A DNA stretch of 64,000 bases, taken from assembly GCA_030141605.1 (NCBI GenBank), contig JAQGDQ010000177.1:186001-250000 (forward strand), in the 5' to 3' direction. Source of the DNA: Tubiluchus corallicola (lineage: Eukaryota > Animalia > Priapulida). A program made the translations under genes and the position numbers. Below are positions 25,910 through 41,160 of the stretch, one piece after another; within the stretch, counting starts at the first letter, position 1, and every line of letters begins with the position of its first letter. Under the pieces are notes generated by a model. The model was not told the origin of the DNA, searched no databases, and saw only the letters and a program-made list of their open reading frames with translations.

Positions 25910-26076
25910 CTATTTATAATCTTTCCACAGCCATTTTGAATCATGTAACAGTTCAGCTAATGCTTGATTATAAGGCATATAAAACTCGGCTAATAGCTCC
26001 TTTGTTGACTGTAAAACAGTGAGATTACGTTCAGCCGAATTGATCCACAAATCCACGTCCTTTGGTGTTTTCTTTT
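25910..26076 (-). CDS. CHST15: CHST15-like sulfotransferase exon 9 (last)
   Basis: actttgcag| KKTPKD...TKELLAEFYMPYNQALAELLHDSKWLW*, typical family C-terminus. Confidence 0.9.
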
Positions 26077-26507
26077 CTGCAAAGTAATGAAATATTTTCA
26101 AAAGATTTCAACTTATGCTGTACTGTTAATTAATCAAAATAATTTGCTGCTTAGTTATTGCTACCAACGCTCACGAATTCATTCATTCACTCACTCATTA
26201 ATCGAATCGTTTGTTCGTTTGTTCGTTCATTCATTCTTTTATTCATTCATCCATTCATTTAGTGATTTGTTTGCTTGTTTATTACTTTGTCTGTTCGTTT
26301 GTGTGTTTGTTTGTCTTTTCCCGTGTTTATTTGTTTGTTTTCTCATACATTTGATTATTTATTTTTTATTAAATTCGATATAGAATGCGCAGAAATCAAA
26401 ACATAGAATAAAAATAAGCTCATGTTTTTGTTGTGAAATAAAGTGTAATTTAAATTCAATTACATTTAATCCTGGATAAATAATGTAAATTATATAAATC
26501 TTCTTAC

Positions 26508-26661
26508 TAGGCAGTTTTAAGTGTTTGCTGATTTGCTGAAAAGCAATTGTGTTATTTTTCTGAACGTCCTCAGACTTCAGGAATAAGATCTGGTCACGTG
26601 GGAATACGCGCAAGTAGTGTTTGACGAATGCCACATAGCAACCTTCAAACAGTGGGGGTTT
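26508..26661 (-). CDS. CHST15: CHST15-like exon 8
   Basis: ttttttttgcag|KPPLFEGCYVAFVKHYLRVFPRDQILFLKSED...HLKLP|gtaag. Confidence 0.9.
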
Positions 26662-26759
26662 CTGCAAAAAAAACAGTCTTGAACCAATCGAAAGTTACCT
26701 ACTGAATTACTTCTCAGCCTATTTTAAAATTAGGTAAAACTAGGTGCTGATAAGCACTA

Positions 26760-27180
26760 TTACATTTCACTGTGATCTTGACCTTTTATCTGCTGACCGT
26801 GACCTCTAATCCGCTGACCCTAACTTCCCACCTCTCACCTGCTCTCGTTTGCCGAATTTAACGAGTAGGTGAAACTCGAGGTGCTCTTGCTGACAAGCAT
26901 TACTATATTTGTTATGATCTTCAACTCTTATCTGCTGACTTTGATCTCTGATTTGTAAACCTTGACCTTTCATTAGCCAATCTTTAGAACTTGGTAAAAC
27001 TCGGAAGTACTCAAGCTGACAGGTGCTATGATATTCATTGTGACCTTGACCTTTTATGTAGCGACATTGATTTATGATCAGCTAACATTGCATTGCGTTC
27101 TAATTTGACCTCCAACTGACCTCTCATCTGTCGAGCTTAACAGGATAACAGCTAGTTCTGGTACATATACATTCATGATC
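26760..27180. mobile_element. Degraded Helentron/HINE-like repeat
   Basis: Recurrent (g)tgaccttgaccttt motifs. Confidence 0.45.
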
Positions 27181-27334
27181 ATTGCTTTACTATATTTAGC
27201 GATGTCTGAAATCAAAAGGGAGTCAAATAGTGTTCGGGCGTTTGTATATCTGTAAGGCACTTACAGTAATTGCTATCGGTTAAACCAACTGTATGTAGGT
27301 TATTACTCCTTCCTAAAAGCTGGGTGTTTAGCAA

Positions 27335-27389
<55 letters not shown>

Positions 27390-27409
27390 AATTTAATTAT
27401 CTTATAAAC

Positions 27410-27605
27410 CTCTAATGAGATACTTCTGATCTTCTCGTCGAAAACGCAAGGGTATTCTTCAAAATTTCTAGGCAGTTTCATCATTGAACAAATCTTAAAT
27501 TCTGCTATCTTCTTCGTAACCGCTGCATCTATTTGCTCTGCTGTAAATGTCTCGTTGCCTTTGGCATCCATCCATTTCAGAATCATTTTATACCATGATA
27601 TTAAC
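27410..27605 (-). CDS. CHST15: CHST15-like exon 7
   Basis: gttttacag|(R)LISWYK...YPCVFDEKIRSISLE|gt; completes the 3'-PB motif RNPIERLIS. Confidence 0.88.
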
Positions 27606-29271
27606 CTGTAAAACACACAAAATTGTATTTCAGCAATTATTTTTACATTTGTTTCCATATGCCATCATTGTGAAATAGAATGTTAACTGGAAGTTACTGG
27701 TTTCAACTGGCTCAAGCTTCAGAAATAAAAATCATTCTGTCCTTGCCACCGTGGAGTTAGGGCACTAATGTATAATACTGTTCCTTGGTTCAACCCTTGG
27801 CGCGTACACCTTCTTAGGGCTAAAGACCCGGTGTATGCCCTCACGGCATGCCGTTGTTTGTATATAGCTGCACCAAGAAATTGGAGAAAAACAACAAAAC
27901 CAAATTTTAGAGACAAAAAAGGACGACAAAAAAAACGTGAGCCTAATGACAAATGCTTCAAATTTGGAAAAGCAATGACAACTGGCAGGCGGACAGCTGT
28001 GAAGTACACATGAAGAACAGAACACCGGTGATAACAGACATCATCATGTGCTAGCTTGTTCTCTTTATAAACTTTTTCCATACAGAAAACCACTGCTCAA
28101 CCAATTGCAAGTAATGTTATGGGCATCTGGCTTAAAGCTAATATCATAATATTACTTGTAGGTTAGTTGGCCAGGTGTCTTTGAATAAGTTTAACACACA
28201 TTCACACCTATTAAGCCTTCTTTCCTTCCTTGTCAACAGATGTCACTACTGTATACTGCTACTTCCACTTTTTACTGCATTAGTGCTGCCATCAAATGAA
28301 ATTATTAGTTTAGTTGAATTTAGTTTCAACTTTTTTCTATTTAAAGTAGAATTACAATACAGATTACGTCTGATACAGGCATCTCCACGGTGCAACATGC
28401 CAGTGCTAGGTGCTAATAAAATAATAACGTGCATCACAAGCAATGTCACGTTTAATATGATAAATCAATTGGCTTAATTATAATCCTGAAATGATGATTA
28501 AACTTATACACATGAACAGTAATAGTAAAATACAAAGTAAGTTGGCTGGTTTAATCATCGAACGATAAATTTCTATTGAATTGTAAAGCGAGAAGTTGAT
28601 TTAACAAATTATGTAAAATAAAGCAAGATTGACGGCCATTTTTGAATTTTTCAAATGCGTTTCTGTATAGAACTGCACAATTATAATTTTGTAAAGATTC
28701 ACGTGCCACAATCTTTGGGTTGCTTAGGTCGTTCAACGTCTGATTCGATCATATTTTGCGCATTCGAAAAAGTAAAGGAAAGAGGCTAAGAGCTTCATGT
28801 AAAATCACCATAGTACTAATATTATTATTAATATTATTATTAGCAATTATTAATAGTATTATTAATAGTATTGTGATGCCGTCTATGATAACAACGGTTC
28901 ATAATTTACTACATGTATTAGCTAAAAAAATTATTAAAAAAAACGAAAAGAAAAAATGTAAAATGAAACACTTTACAAGAGTTTATTGCTGACACTTACG
29001 TGTTGACTCGAAATGCAAACCAAGGAATTAAACCAAAATTTACTGAATCACGACTGACTTAATAACAGCAAACGAAGAAAAGAAAACAAAATGAAACCCG
29101 AAGCCGAACATGGCTCAGAACGCACTGCCCTCGAATCTACGAGAGCTGGTTCTCGAGAAAATTGGCCTAGAAAACTGAGCTCTGATTGGCCCACGCAATT
29201 TTACTTTCAATACACTACATTTTGATGAAGCCCGTGGTTTCCGAGACGGTTTAATCCTGCGACCCGCCACA

Positions 29272-29477
<206 letters not shown>

Positions 29478-30234
29478 AATTAAAAAATTAGTATTGAACG
29501 AATAGAAGTTGATGTACTTTAAGGTTTTATAATTAAGTTAAAGATATAGTTAGTGACACGATGGATATAATATTGTTGTTTCAGGTATCTACTATTACAT
29601 AAAGTGAAGAGTGAGTTTGAGGCTATTATTCTCTATTGTGCAAAAAAATGAAATTCGAAATCTGCATATTAATGCCCAAGCAGTTAAACTGACAAAAGTT
29701 TCGCTTAAGTTTATACAAAGAAGTGTGAGATGATGCAGATCAACACTCATATTGCTTTACGGCTTTCACTTGCTTGGGCTATCAGCGTTTTTATTGGTCA
29801 GTTTTGCTCAGTGCTTTTCTCTCACAAGAGAAGATTGCCATTGGGTTTTGGTAAGCATGTGGCAGGTTGGCTGAACATAAAAGCCTGCGTTAATCTCTGC
29901 CTCAACTTTTGACATCAATGTCTGCCATCAATATTTCAATACTGTGGAGGAGTTAGCACAACGAAGTGAGGCGCATGTAGAAATTTGCAATCAGTTTATT
30001 GTAAACGTGTACAATGTTCACTTCAATAACAAATTTATAACAAATTTGAACAAACAGTCATAAAAGTTAGCAATTTGATGCTGTAGAAACTTTGCATTCT
30101 TTGACATTGCTTTAACAATAGGAAATTCTTTTACATTGCTCTCCTTAGATCAACTTAAAACTTGCAGGCCTTGGGAGAATTGACCTGTAAATCACATGAC
30201 CAGAGAAGCAAGTTCCTATTATATATATATATAA

Positions 30235-30925
30235 TAATCTTTATTTGCCATAAAAAATCGATATTCACAACTATAAAAGCATAAAAGAACATCGCAGCAT
30301 GAGAATAAAATTCACACAACTGTTAAAGGCAAATGCGTCCAGTGCAAACTAAAAACTACTGTGCCAAAAATTTAAAACAAAATATACATTATAATATTAC
30401 ATGGAAATTATAATAGACTATATACAATATATACATATAATTTAAAATGGACGTGGGTAAATAAAATTTGTGGATGAATATATATTATCGTTTACGTATG
30501 TAGGGTTTTCAAAATGATTTAATGTATGTATTTTTAATTTTGATTTGAATTCGTAAAAATACTTGATTTGTTTTAAATTTGATGGCAGGGTATTCCAAAG
30601 TTGAACTCCTTGTTTAGTGATAGAATTGTTGCCGTATTTGTTATTAGTGCGTATTTGACGAATATATTGTGTGTTCTTGGATTTAATGTTGGCTCCAAGA
30701 GGAGTGGAAGCTTATTTTTGATGAAGGGTGTGTTAATATTGTTGATGTATTTATATAAAAACAAGATTGTGTAGAAGTCTTTATGTGCTTGTAAAATTGG
30801 GATTTTAAACATTGTTCTTAATTCTGTTGCAGAGGTTTGATTTGTTATGAGGGACGTTTTATTTGAATAGCCAGCGACTAATCTTAATGCATAATTTTGA
30901 AGACTATTTAGTTTGTTATAGTTTG
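30235..30925 (-). mobile_element. CR1/L2-group LINE 3' fragment, relative of the 9-kb element
   Basis: KLNSLQNYALRLV...LFLYKYINNINTPFIKNKLP. Confidence 0.88.
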
Positions 30926-31535
30926 TCACCTATACTCTACAGACTACTAATTAAACCAAAGTCTACTTGGCTTCTTTGATAGCAGAATAAAGAATATTTG
31001 CTTACAGAAAGCTGTGTCATAATTTTTCTCTATTTTAACTTAGAGAGAATTAAAGCATGAAATTAACAATGTAATTACTCTGATTAATGAATATCTATGA
31101 AAGCAAAAGGAAGTAATATTTAGAAACAAATTAATCTCTGACAAACTTTGTATAATTGGTGTAAAGTACAATTCAGTACTTTAGTGTAGTAGGCTGATAA
31201 TTAAATGGGTCGCATAATACTACAATCGCGTACTCGGTACAATAAGCGGCAGCGCAGGTGAAACATTTATATTAGTGACAAAGTAATATGTTCCACAACC
31301 ATGTAGGAGTTAGCACAAAGAAATGACACAGAGGTAGGCATTTATACTACTAACAAAGTAGTATGCTCACAACTATGTAATAATTGATACAGAGTATTGG
31401 CACAGAGATGTAGCATTTATAAAACTGGAAAACTAAAAATTGCTTTGCATTTCATGCTAGAAGTCGTGAGGTATGACAATAAACTGTTAAACAGAAGAAC
31501 TGTAAAACTAGAAAATATTTTTAAGCAAAACTCAC

Positions 31536-31677
31536 CTTTCAATTGGATTTCTCATCACTATTATTATTTTTGCCATTGGGGTCAACCAATATATATCGTC
31601 AGCTATGTACTGTGCGTGTTGCAAATACTCTTTTGCATTACCAACTTCACCATAGCTAGTTGAAGGAGAGTAGTCCC
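31536..31677 (-). CDS. CHST15: CHST15-like exon 6
   Basis: GDYSPST...LTPMAKIIIVMRNPIER|gtgag (cf. GEASAST and KLIVMLRDPVER); the acceptor has a weak pyrimidine tract. Confidence 0.88.
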
Positions 31678-31994
31678 CTAGTTTTTCAACAGTAAGAAGT
31701 AAGCTTTTATGAAACATGACAAAATGGCAGGAATTTAAAAGTGTGCGCAAAAATATGGTTCGCGTTAGATTTAAAGCGATGTATTACATTAATAATTACA
31801 CTAATAGTTAGCTTTTAAAAATGGTTAAAAACGTTCCATTGAATTTTAATTTTAATGTTATATTGAGGGAATTGCAGGTTTTAGTTTTATTTCAAGTGGC
31901 CAAACTTCAAATGTGATAGCTTATTTTTTGATACAGCTTGAAATTCTGCAAGCCGAAATTCAGTCTGTAAATGTAATAAATCGATGGTCTTTGC

Positions 31995-32415
31995 TAGATC
32001 GTGACCCCTACTCAGCCAAAGTCGCGCCTGTAAAGTGAGCTGCTGAATCGGCGAAGGTGGATATTTCAGGCACGCTCAGACGTGTGCACATCGTCTACGA
32101 GGTGAAAATTCAGCACGGCAAGTGAATGGCCAGAATCAGTGCGACAAGTGAAACCGCCTAGGAGTGAGAATCGAAGCGGTTCACCCACCCAGTCACTGAT
32201 GAGTCTAGGCGCCTTTTAGCTTCACAAAGCATAAAAACAAACGAAGGACAAATATAGCATTTATTTGCCGGCGCTCCTTTAACAAACAACGTTAACACTA
32301 ACAGCTATTTAGCGACTGAAAACAACAACGCAGGTAAGGCCGCAAGATAAAAAATCGAACTCACCACTGCGTGGTTGCAGCCCGAAATCTAGACCACTCA
32401 GCCACCCAACCCAGG
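31995..32415 (-). mobile_element. tRNA-headed SINE
   Basis: Minus strand tggctgagtggtcta (A box) and gagttcgatt (B box), followed by a GC-rich body. Confidence 0.7.
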
Positions 32416-32494
32416 ACAAATACCGTAACACCTGAGCAGCGTCACCCCTGAGGCTACAGACATGAAGTCTTCTTAATTAATCGAACACACTTAC

Positions 32495-32611
32495 CAAAAA
32501 CTTTGTAATGAAACGAGTTATTGCCGACACGTGACTCTATTTCAACTGCAGCTTCATGAAATACGTCAAGATATGCATTAAATTTCATCAGAGAAGTCCT
32601 ACTCCGTCTTG
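32495..32611 (-). CDS. CHST15: CHST15-like exon 5
   Basis: ctgtag|...FNAYLDVFHEAAVEI...YKVFG|gtaagt (cf. YLDLFDLAAHQI). Confidence 0.9.
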
Positions 32612-32639
32612 CTACAGCATTAAATAATCGACATAATTA

Positions 32640-33950
<1,311 letters not shown>

Positions 33951-34067
33951 TTATGGACAACAAGGCCTAGGCCAATTTATATCATAATTGAATACAAAAG
34001 AAACTTTGGACATGTCCAATATAATTTTGATAATAATGCATATGTAATTACATAATCTATAACGTAC

Positions 34068-34124
34068 CAAAGTATTCCATTTTCTTGGCGTACTTCACAT
34101 GATCAGACTTTTCCATGTTAGTAT
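34068..34124 (-). CDS. CHST15: CHST15-like exon 4 (57 nt, frame-symmetric)
   Basis: ttacag|AT ACT...TTT G|gtacgt encodes DTNMEKSDHVKYAKKMEYF; open and in phase, but lies in a variable region. Confidence 0.65.
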
Positions 34125-34416
34125 CTGTAATTATATCAGGTTCACATCAGGAAACACAATGAAACCAGACAGTATCATACTTAACACATATAAGACGACA
34201 ATTGTGGTGGTAAACAAGAGGTTTATTAAGATGGTAATTTAAGACGTTACGTCAAGCTCTGATTAAACTTGATGACATTATTTTTTCAAACGTTAAGACT
34301 ATCTACATCCCAAATATGGCTGATAGGTTGTTTGTTTATTCACTCTCGTATTTAATTTATTGCAGTGCTTTCATTTCGGGGAACTGCTGCATTGTTGTTT
34401 TACTTCGTTTACATAC

Positions 34417-34566
34417 CGTTTCTAATTCTAGCCGTACCCCACCAATGAACTTCCTTGTCAAATTTGTGGTCGATGACTCTGGGATGACTGCGTATCCATG
34501 TATAAATCATTGTAGTTCCAGACTTTTGGAATCCGATTACATAAAAATATGGTAAGCATCTCAATA
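34417..34566 (-). CDS. CHST15: CHST15-like exon 3 (5'-PSB PAPS-binding loop)
   Basis: cttttccag|LRCLPYFYVIGFQKSGTTMIYTWIRSHP...KEVHWW...|gtatgt (cf. LRCLPHFYIIGQPKCGTT...KEPHWW). Confidence 0.95.
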
Positions 34567-35175
34567 CTGGAAAAGCAACGAAAATTGTTTATATAAACTG
34601 TGTATTGTTCGTAAAGGTATAATTACGTATTTACAACGCACTGATAGCCGTATATCCAAGTTTCTCGTCTAGGTTTCCCTAAATGATTATAATCACTGAT
34701 GAGTATGATCGCTCAGTATGATATTAAGTGAATCCCACTGGCGAAAATATATATTCATTTAGGGAAAGCTTTGTAATCACGCTCAGTTCGTTAAAACAAA
34801 TACCTGTAAGAATATTTTTAATTTGATTAGGCACAATAACATGGCCCGAAAAGTGTTAATGGCGATGTTATGCTAATTCCACTAAGACGGGTATAACTGT
34901 TGTACCCAAATTTTTATTAGTTACTATAAATATATACCACTGAAATTAATATATAGATATTAGTGTCTGGAAACACTAACGATCTAAATAATAGTGTATT
35001 ATGCATAAGTATAACGTGGTGGTATCTGTTCACAATAAAGAGGAAGTATTTTAAACTGATGCGTCTTTAATAAATTTAAATGTTACCCATAGCAACGAAG
35101 CATGGCAATATAAAGCGATACAATACAATTCAATACAGTACCGTATATATACCGTATATATATATATATATATAC

Positions 35176-35231
<56 letters not shown>

Positions 35232-35411
35232 ACGCTGGACGGCACGACACAGCACAGCATAACATATAACGCAACATGACGCAACGCAACGAACACAACG
35301 CAGCGCAATACAACACAACATAACACAAAACAGTGAGTTAAAATATTAATAGATATTAACAAATATTGCTTACATTTTTATGCTAATCTCTTGTACGTAA
35401 AATAAACTTAC

Positions 35412-35484
35412 ACGGTTTGGATCTATTCGCTGATTTAACGTGGAAACATGGGTTGTTGTAATCGCCCAGGTACTGAATTGGTGC
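35412..35484 (-). CDS. CHST15: CHST15-like exon 2
   Basis: cctttag|APIQYLGDYNNPCFHVKSANRSKP|gtaagt; NPCF stem motif. Confidence 0.85.
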
Positions 35485-35639
35485 CTAAAGGTAAGAAAAA
35501 ATCGACGCAGTTTCAATGACCTTTGCTGGTAACAGTTGAGGACAACTAGACATAAATAGTTTAAAAATTATTGTGAAATAAACTAAAAAGTAGGGAAAAA
35601 TGCATAAGTTGAGTCTCACTGTGTGTGCAGTAAAAGTCC

Positions 35640-36255
35640 AAGTTAGTCTAATTTAGTATCGTCTGATTTAGTCATCTAGTCTAGTTTAGTCTCCACTCTA
35701 ATCAGATTGAGGTCGATGTCAAGGTTTAAGCTCAGGCTGAGTTTTGGTCTAGTCTAGGTCCAGGCTGTAATCTAGGTAGGCATCTTGGTCAAGATCAAGT
35801 CTGCCTAGTCTCTAATCTATCTAGCCTAGAGGCTGAGTTGTAGTCTAGTCTGGTTTTGCCTTGTCTAGGCTTAGATCTAAGTGTAAATCGAGATCGAGGC
35901 TAACCTAATCTAGTCTAGTCTAGTCTAGTCTACTCTAGTCTAACCTAATCCAATCCGATCCAATCTAATATAATCCAATCCAATTCAGTCCAATCTAGTC
36001 TAACCTAATATAATCTAATATAAACGAATCTAGTCCAGTCAAATCTCATCTCATCTCATCTAATCGAATCGAATCGAATCTAGTCTAATGTCACCTTACA
36101 TCACCCAATCTAGTCTATCTAATTTAATCTAATCTAACCTAACCTTTAACCTGATTTAATCTAATCTATGTTAAGGTTGAAGCTGAAGTCGAAATGTATT
36201 CTTTTCATTCTAGTTTAGTCTAGTCTATTATAGTCTACGCTAGTTTAATCTAATT
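35640..36255. repeat. Degenerate pentanucleotide repeat (TCTAG/TCTAA/TCCAA)
   Basis: Seen directly. Confidence 0.9.
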
Positions 36256-36425
36256 CAAGGGCACGTGGTTCAAATCAAAGCTCGCTCTCGACTTTTCCAC
36301 GTTTCCTTTTTTGATGGCCCAATTTAGTTTCAAAAATCTAATAATCGTTGAGCCTCATTCCATAATTAATAATAATTTTTGAATTACGTCATTACGATAT
36401 TATGATATATAAAATAGGTTACAAG

Positions 36426-36779
36426 CAGGATCGGATTATGACCTTCTGAGGCCCCAAGGCTAATAAATTTATGAGGCCCCTCAGACGGAGTAGCCTCCGT
36501 TTTCTCGCACTCGTCTTGAACATTTTATTACTTGTGACACTTCAGTAACATGGCTGAGTGCCCAATATTCCAAATAAAGGGCTTCAAAGATGGGCCCTTA
36601 TCTCAAAGGTCTCAAAGAGGGATTCTTTATCTCAAATGAGAAACCATTTTAAATTGGATTTATCTTCAGACGTCCTGCCTCCTTTTTTAAAGTTAAAATT
36701 CAGCAATGCTAAGTATGGCCCCAAACTAAAGGGGTCCTAGGCTGCAGCCTACAGTAGCCTACGGGGTAATGCAGCCCTG
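36426..36779. mobile_element. hAT MITE
   Basis: caggatcggatt...aatgcagccctg; 8-bp TSD gttacaag/gttacaaa. Confidence 0.85.
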
Positions 36780-36851
36780 GTTACAAACTACAATTGTATG
36801 CAAATTATGTTGTAACCTACAAGCCGCAATTGTTGCACAAAGTGAACTTAC

Positions 36852-37139
36852 CGTTTCACATCTTGTTGCTCTGTCCAACGTGGCAGGATCTAATTGACTT
36901 GCTACATAATTCAATGTTGTTCTACTGACAAGCTTTTCCTTTGAACTCTCTTGCGCACACGGGTTCTTCTTTATCTTTGTGTTATGTTCTTTGTACAGAA
37001 ATAAATTAGCTTTGAGCGACACAAACACAATACTTCTATAGAGCTTCGCGTATAAGAAAACATTTCCTACTATGTAAAGAAGAAATAGAAGTAGTAGTGA
37101 GTGAAATTTTGTTTTGTTTAAAAATGTCATGTAGTTCAT
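36852..37139 (-). CDS. CHST15: CHST15-like exon 1 (type II membrane anchor)
   Basis: MNYMTFLNKTKFHSLLLLFLLYIVGNVFLY...RCET|gtaagt; the nine exons total 1344 nt, giving 447 aa plus stop. Confidence 0.85.
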
Positions 37140-38173
37140 TACGGTAGCAAATGTCAAATAGTTTAAACAGAAGGCAGTTTGCACGAAAAGTTCAGTCACA
37201 AAACAGGCTTGGTAGTTGCCAGAGGCGTTATTAAGCTAAGTGTTACAGTACCCACTAACTTAACATTTTGTCTTTTCTGTAATTTGGGTTTCAGTTTGTA
37301 GAAAAACGTATTTCTTTCCTAATAATATTAATCAACATGCATTGATTTACTTTTTTTTGGTAAAACAACTGTTCTATGTCCAGTCTTTGGATAATTTAGA
37401 TTAGGATTGTAATTATTAACATTATTTTATTTCCAATATACTTTACATAAGTAATTCATTAAAAAGTGTTATCAGTTAAGATAATTTACACGATTAGTAA
37501 CAAAAACAACATAACAATAGTAAAAAGAATTAATGAGCCTAGTATTTGTGATAAAATATATAAGCTGTACAATTTCTTTCAAATTAGCATGTTACAATGT
37601 AATTTATAATTGATTGCAGCTGTGCTGTATTTAGAAAATTAAAATTATTACATTCTAAGCCCTCGACGCAGTCTCTAGCGTTGACTGTTATATTAACAAT
37701 TACCTGTCGGTTTCCTATCAAAGCCTTTTCCTCACTGATCTCCTTGCCAAAATATTATATCCATTTTCTAACTGATAACTACTGCAATTCAATGTGTAAC
37801 ATATATGTCGTAAATGAAAACTGGGGCGATGATAGCGTCAGAGGTACTAGTGGCAACGGTGGTGGCCTCAAAAAGTGAAATAAAGTTTTAAGTGTCAGAA
37901 ATCGCACTTCGGAATTTATAAACACAGTACTTTAATTATAGCAACAAAAAAGCCCTGGGTATTTCAGAGATTTGTGACAAGTTGTGGCCATTTTTTATTT
38001 CTCTCAGTTTCCATTAATAATGAATAGTGTTGAATTTATTTCAACTTTGGTTGATCACAGTAACAACAACAATAATAAGTGTGAAATTAGTGTTTCTGAG
38101 GCACTGCCAATGCAATACAAAAATAAACAACTAGTGACGTAAAATAATAAAGAAGTAATAATCGACATTAAAT

Positions 38174-38640
38174 CTTGCCTTACCTTTTCTTACCTTACCT
38201 TAAGTTACCATACCTCACCTTTCCTTGCCTTACCTTACCTTACCTTACCTTTCTTTACCTTACCTTACCTTACCTTACCTTACCTTACCTTACCTTACCT
38301 TACCTTACCTTACCTTACCTTACCTTACCTTACCTTACCTTACCTTCCCTTACCTTACCTTACCTTACTTTACTTTACTTTACCTACCTTCCCTTCCCTT
38401 CCCTTCCCTTCCCTTGCCTTGCCTTGCCTTGCCTTGCCTTGCCTTGCCTTGCCTTGCCTTGCCTTGCCTTGCCTTGCCTTGCCTTGCCTTGCCTTGCCTT
38501 ACCTTACTTTGCCTTACCTTATCTTACCTTACATTACTTTACCTTACCTTGTCTTATCTTAGCGTGCCTCGTCTCGTCTCATTTCATCTCACAACACCTC
38601 ATCTCTTTTCATCCTATCTCATCTTATTTTACCTTGTCTT
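38174..38640. repeat. Pentanucleotide repeat (CCTTA/CCTTC/CCTTG)
   Basis: Seen directly. Confidence 0.97.
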
Positions 38641-40224
38641 AATAATTATATCAAATAGAAATTTGTAGTTCAGTGTTGAACTTTTTGTAAACAAAGACTT
38701 CTGATTTTTGCTGATAAATTTGCGAATTGCAATTTATTCAATTCATTCAATCTTCGTTGTAATTTTAGAGCAAATCTAGTCGCAAAAAGGAATAATCTTA
38801 ACTATTGTTTTATAGCTGTATCGTCGAATGATCAAATACTTTAACGTGCAGAATTTTTACTTTTGTATCTTGCCGTTCAATCCTTACTCAGCCGAGGCAC
38901 AAATGAAACTTATCGTTTTATTTGCACGAGGAGGCGCTAAAATAATTTTTGCTTAGGCCGTCCAACTACCTAGAGCCGGTCCTGCTTGATTGTCATTAAG
39001 CGCTAGTCATTAAGATCAACTACATGTAATTAGTCAAATGTTGGCCCAGTGATGGTGACCTATGAAACGGCTGTTGAATTAACAAGAGAACTGTTGAGCA
39101 ACTCAATACCTAGTCAGTTCCATTATTTAAAATAGTTAAAAGCCGCCAATAGCAGATTTGAGTATGAAAGATGGTGTCTCGAATCACATAAACTGAAGAA
39201 AGATATACAGACATTATCATGTTAGCAATTTGCTTAAACAGTTACCATTGATTGTTTGCTTACTATATTTACTGATGCGTTAGACCAAAGACTGACAGAC
39301 AGACAGAACGAACGACCGAATAAACATACTAACGGTTGGCTGACTACTAACTGACTGACTTGTTTCTGATTGAATGAGTGAGTGAATAAGCGTGTGTGTG
39401 AACGAATAAATGAACGAATGAATAAGTGAGCAAACGAGTGAGCGAATAAATGTTTCAGTGAATGAATGAATCAATGAATGGTTAACTGACTGACTGACTG
39501 TCAAAAAATCACACTGAGATTAGTCATTATTTTTCACAAAAAACAAGTCGACAACAAAAACAGTCTTTAAATTTTACTGTTTGACTTACAAATCTATTAA
39601 GCCTTTATATTTGTTAGGTGTAAGACCATGCTGCTGCCATGCAAAGCAAAATAACTCTATCATAATAGAAAAACCTTTCAAATGTTAATTTTTCACATTT
39701 ATCAAAACAACATTACTAAATGTTAGAGCTCACAGATGTCTTAATTTTGATAAACGTTTTTTATTTTTTTAGTTGAGGCAGTGCAGTGAATGACCGTCCG
39801 CTAACATCTTATTATTTTTGTTTTTGTTACCAATCTCTTACATCAGAAACTTTTGCTTTTATAGCATTAGCATTAGCATTTTCATCTTCAATGGGTTCAT
39901 TCAACATTTTAGCTGAGAAAAAATGGGCTTGGTTTACAACCGTAGACGTGCAGACTTTACAATATGACAAACAGTAACATTAACAAATTAATAACATGAC
40001 ATAACAGTAACAGTAGCAAATCTGTCACATCACATACATGCATACTTCAGTGTCTTCCAGCCCCAAGTTGTGTGTCTTCTAGTTTTCTCCAGCACTGCTT
40101 CATTGTGGAATTTCTTGATGCATCTATGATGCATCAAAATGAACAACAGTTTGACTAGGTATATTAGTACAGTATTTTTACACCAATAATTCTTCGTCAA
40201 AGAGTGGAAAGGTAAAGATTTTAT

Positions 40225-41160
40225 GTGTTGCCCAAAATATTAAGCAAATATTGGCATTCTAGTTGAACCACTTTAATTTCATTTTCAGTCAATTTTCAAT
40301 GTGAAATCTGAGATTAAGTCTGAACGTAGAATACGGTCTTCATTTGCAACTAAACTGCTATTGATGCGCGAATCGCGACCGTCTACCAAACCGACATTTT
40401 TCAAAAATTGTATAACGTTCAGACTACCATCTAAACTAGCAAAGTCGAGAAGTGTTTTAGTGACTGCTTTTGTGTTTTTTATCAGCTGCTCATACGTTAG
40501 TGTTAACAGTTTTGATTTGGGAATCAAAGTCGTTCTCAAGCTGTCATAGTTTTCTTCATATCTGCACATATTTCTTTCACAGCTGTTGCGTTAAGATCTT
40601 CGCTAAACTTCGCCACTTTTCTGGACGCTATGACAGCTCTCGGGTCGCGCACCAGGTAAATGATTCTCGTCTTCACGGGTGCTTGGAAAAGCGAAAATAG
40701 ATCGGCAACGTGTAAACGAACCGTTTTGACGACGACGAGCTTATGTCTACTGGCACAGTCTGTCCAGGGAAGTTTTCCCAAATTTCGTAATTGAGGCACC
40801 ACATTCCGCATCGACGTAATGATCTCTCACGCCATCTAGCGTCTTGTTACATCCTGCTGCCAAGGACATTGCCTTGCTACGAGCTACAAAATGAACCCAG
40901 TTGCTCAAATTCTGATGCATCTTATTCATTACAGCAACATCGGTGAAATCACAGTTTATTATGCGTTTCAATGTATCCACCCCTTGTTAATTATGCTTAT
41001 ATTTCGGGTGTAGTTTCTCACCCTCCAGGGCGCCACGTTTTCTTTCTGAAATGGTGGTAACATCAGTAAGGATTCAAATATGTACAGCACGTCAGGATGG
41101 CTATTGAATATGTCACCCAAAAGTCTGGATCCGCTTCTGTGATATGCTGATAAAATAAAA
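40225..41160 (-). pseudogene. Gal/GlcNAc 6-O-sulfotransferase (CHST1/3/4/5-type) pseudogene with four or more frameshifts
   Basis: AYHRSGSRLLGDIFNSHPDVLYIFE, CDF, VVVKTVRL, IIYLVRDPRAVIASR, LTYEQL and VQLECQYLLNILG lie in successive different frames, with shifts near 40985, 40810, 40560 and 40290. Confidence 0.88.

Noticed and set aside
38175-38668. LPYLT/LPCLA repeat proteins
   Set aside because: Translation of a pentanucleotide repeat.
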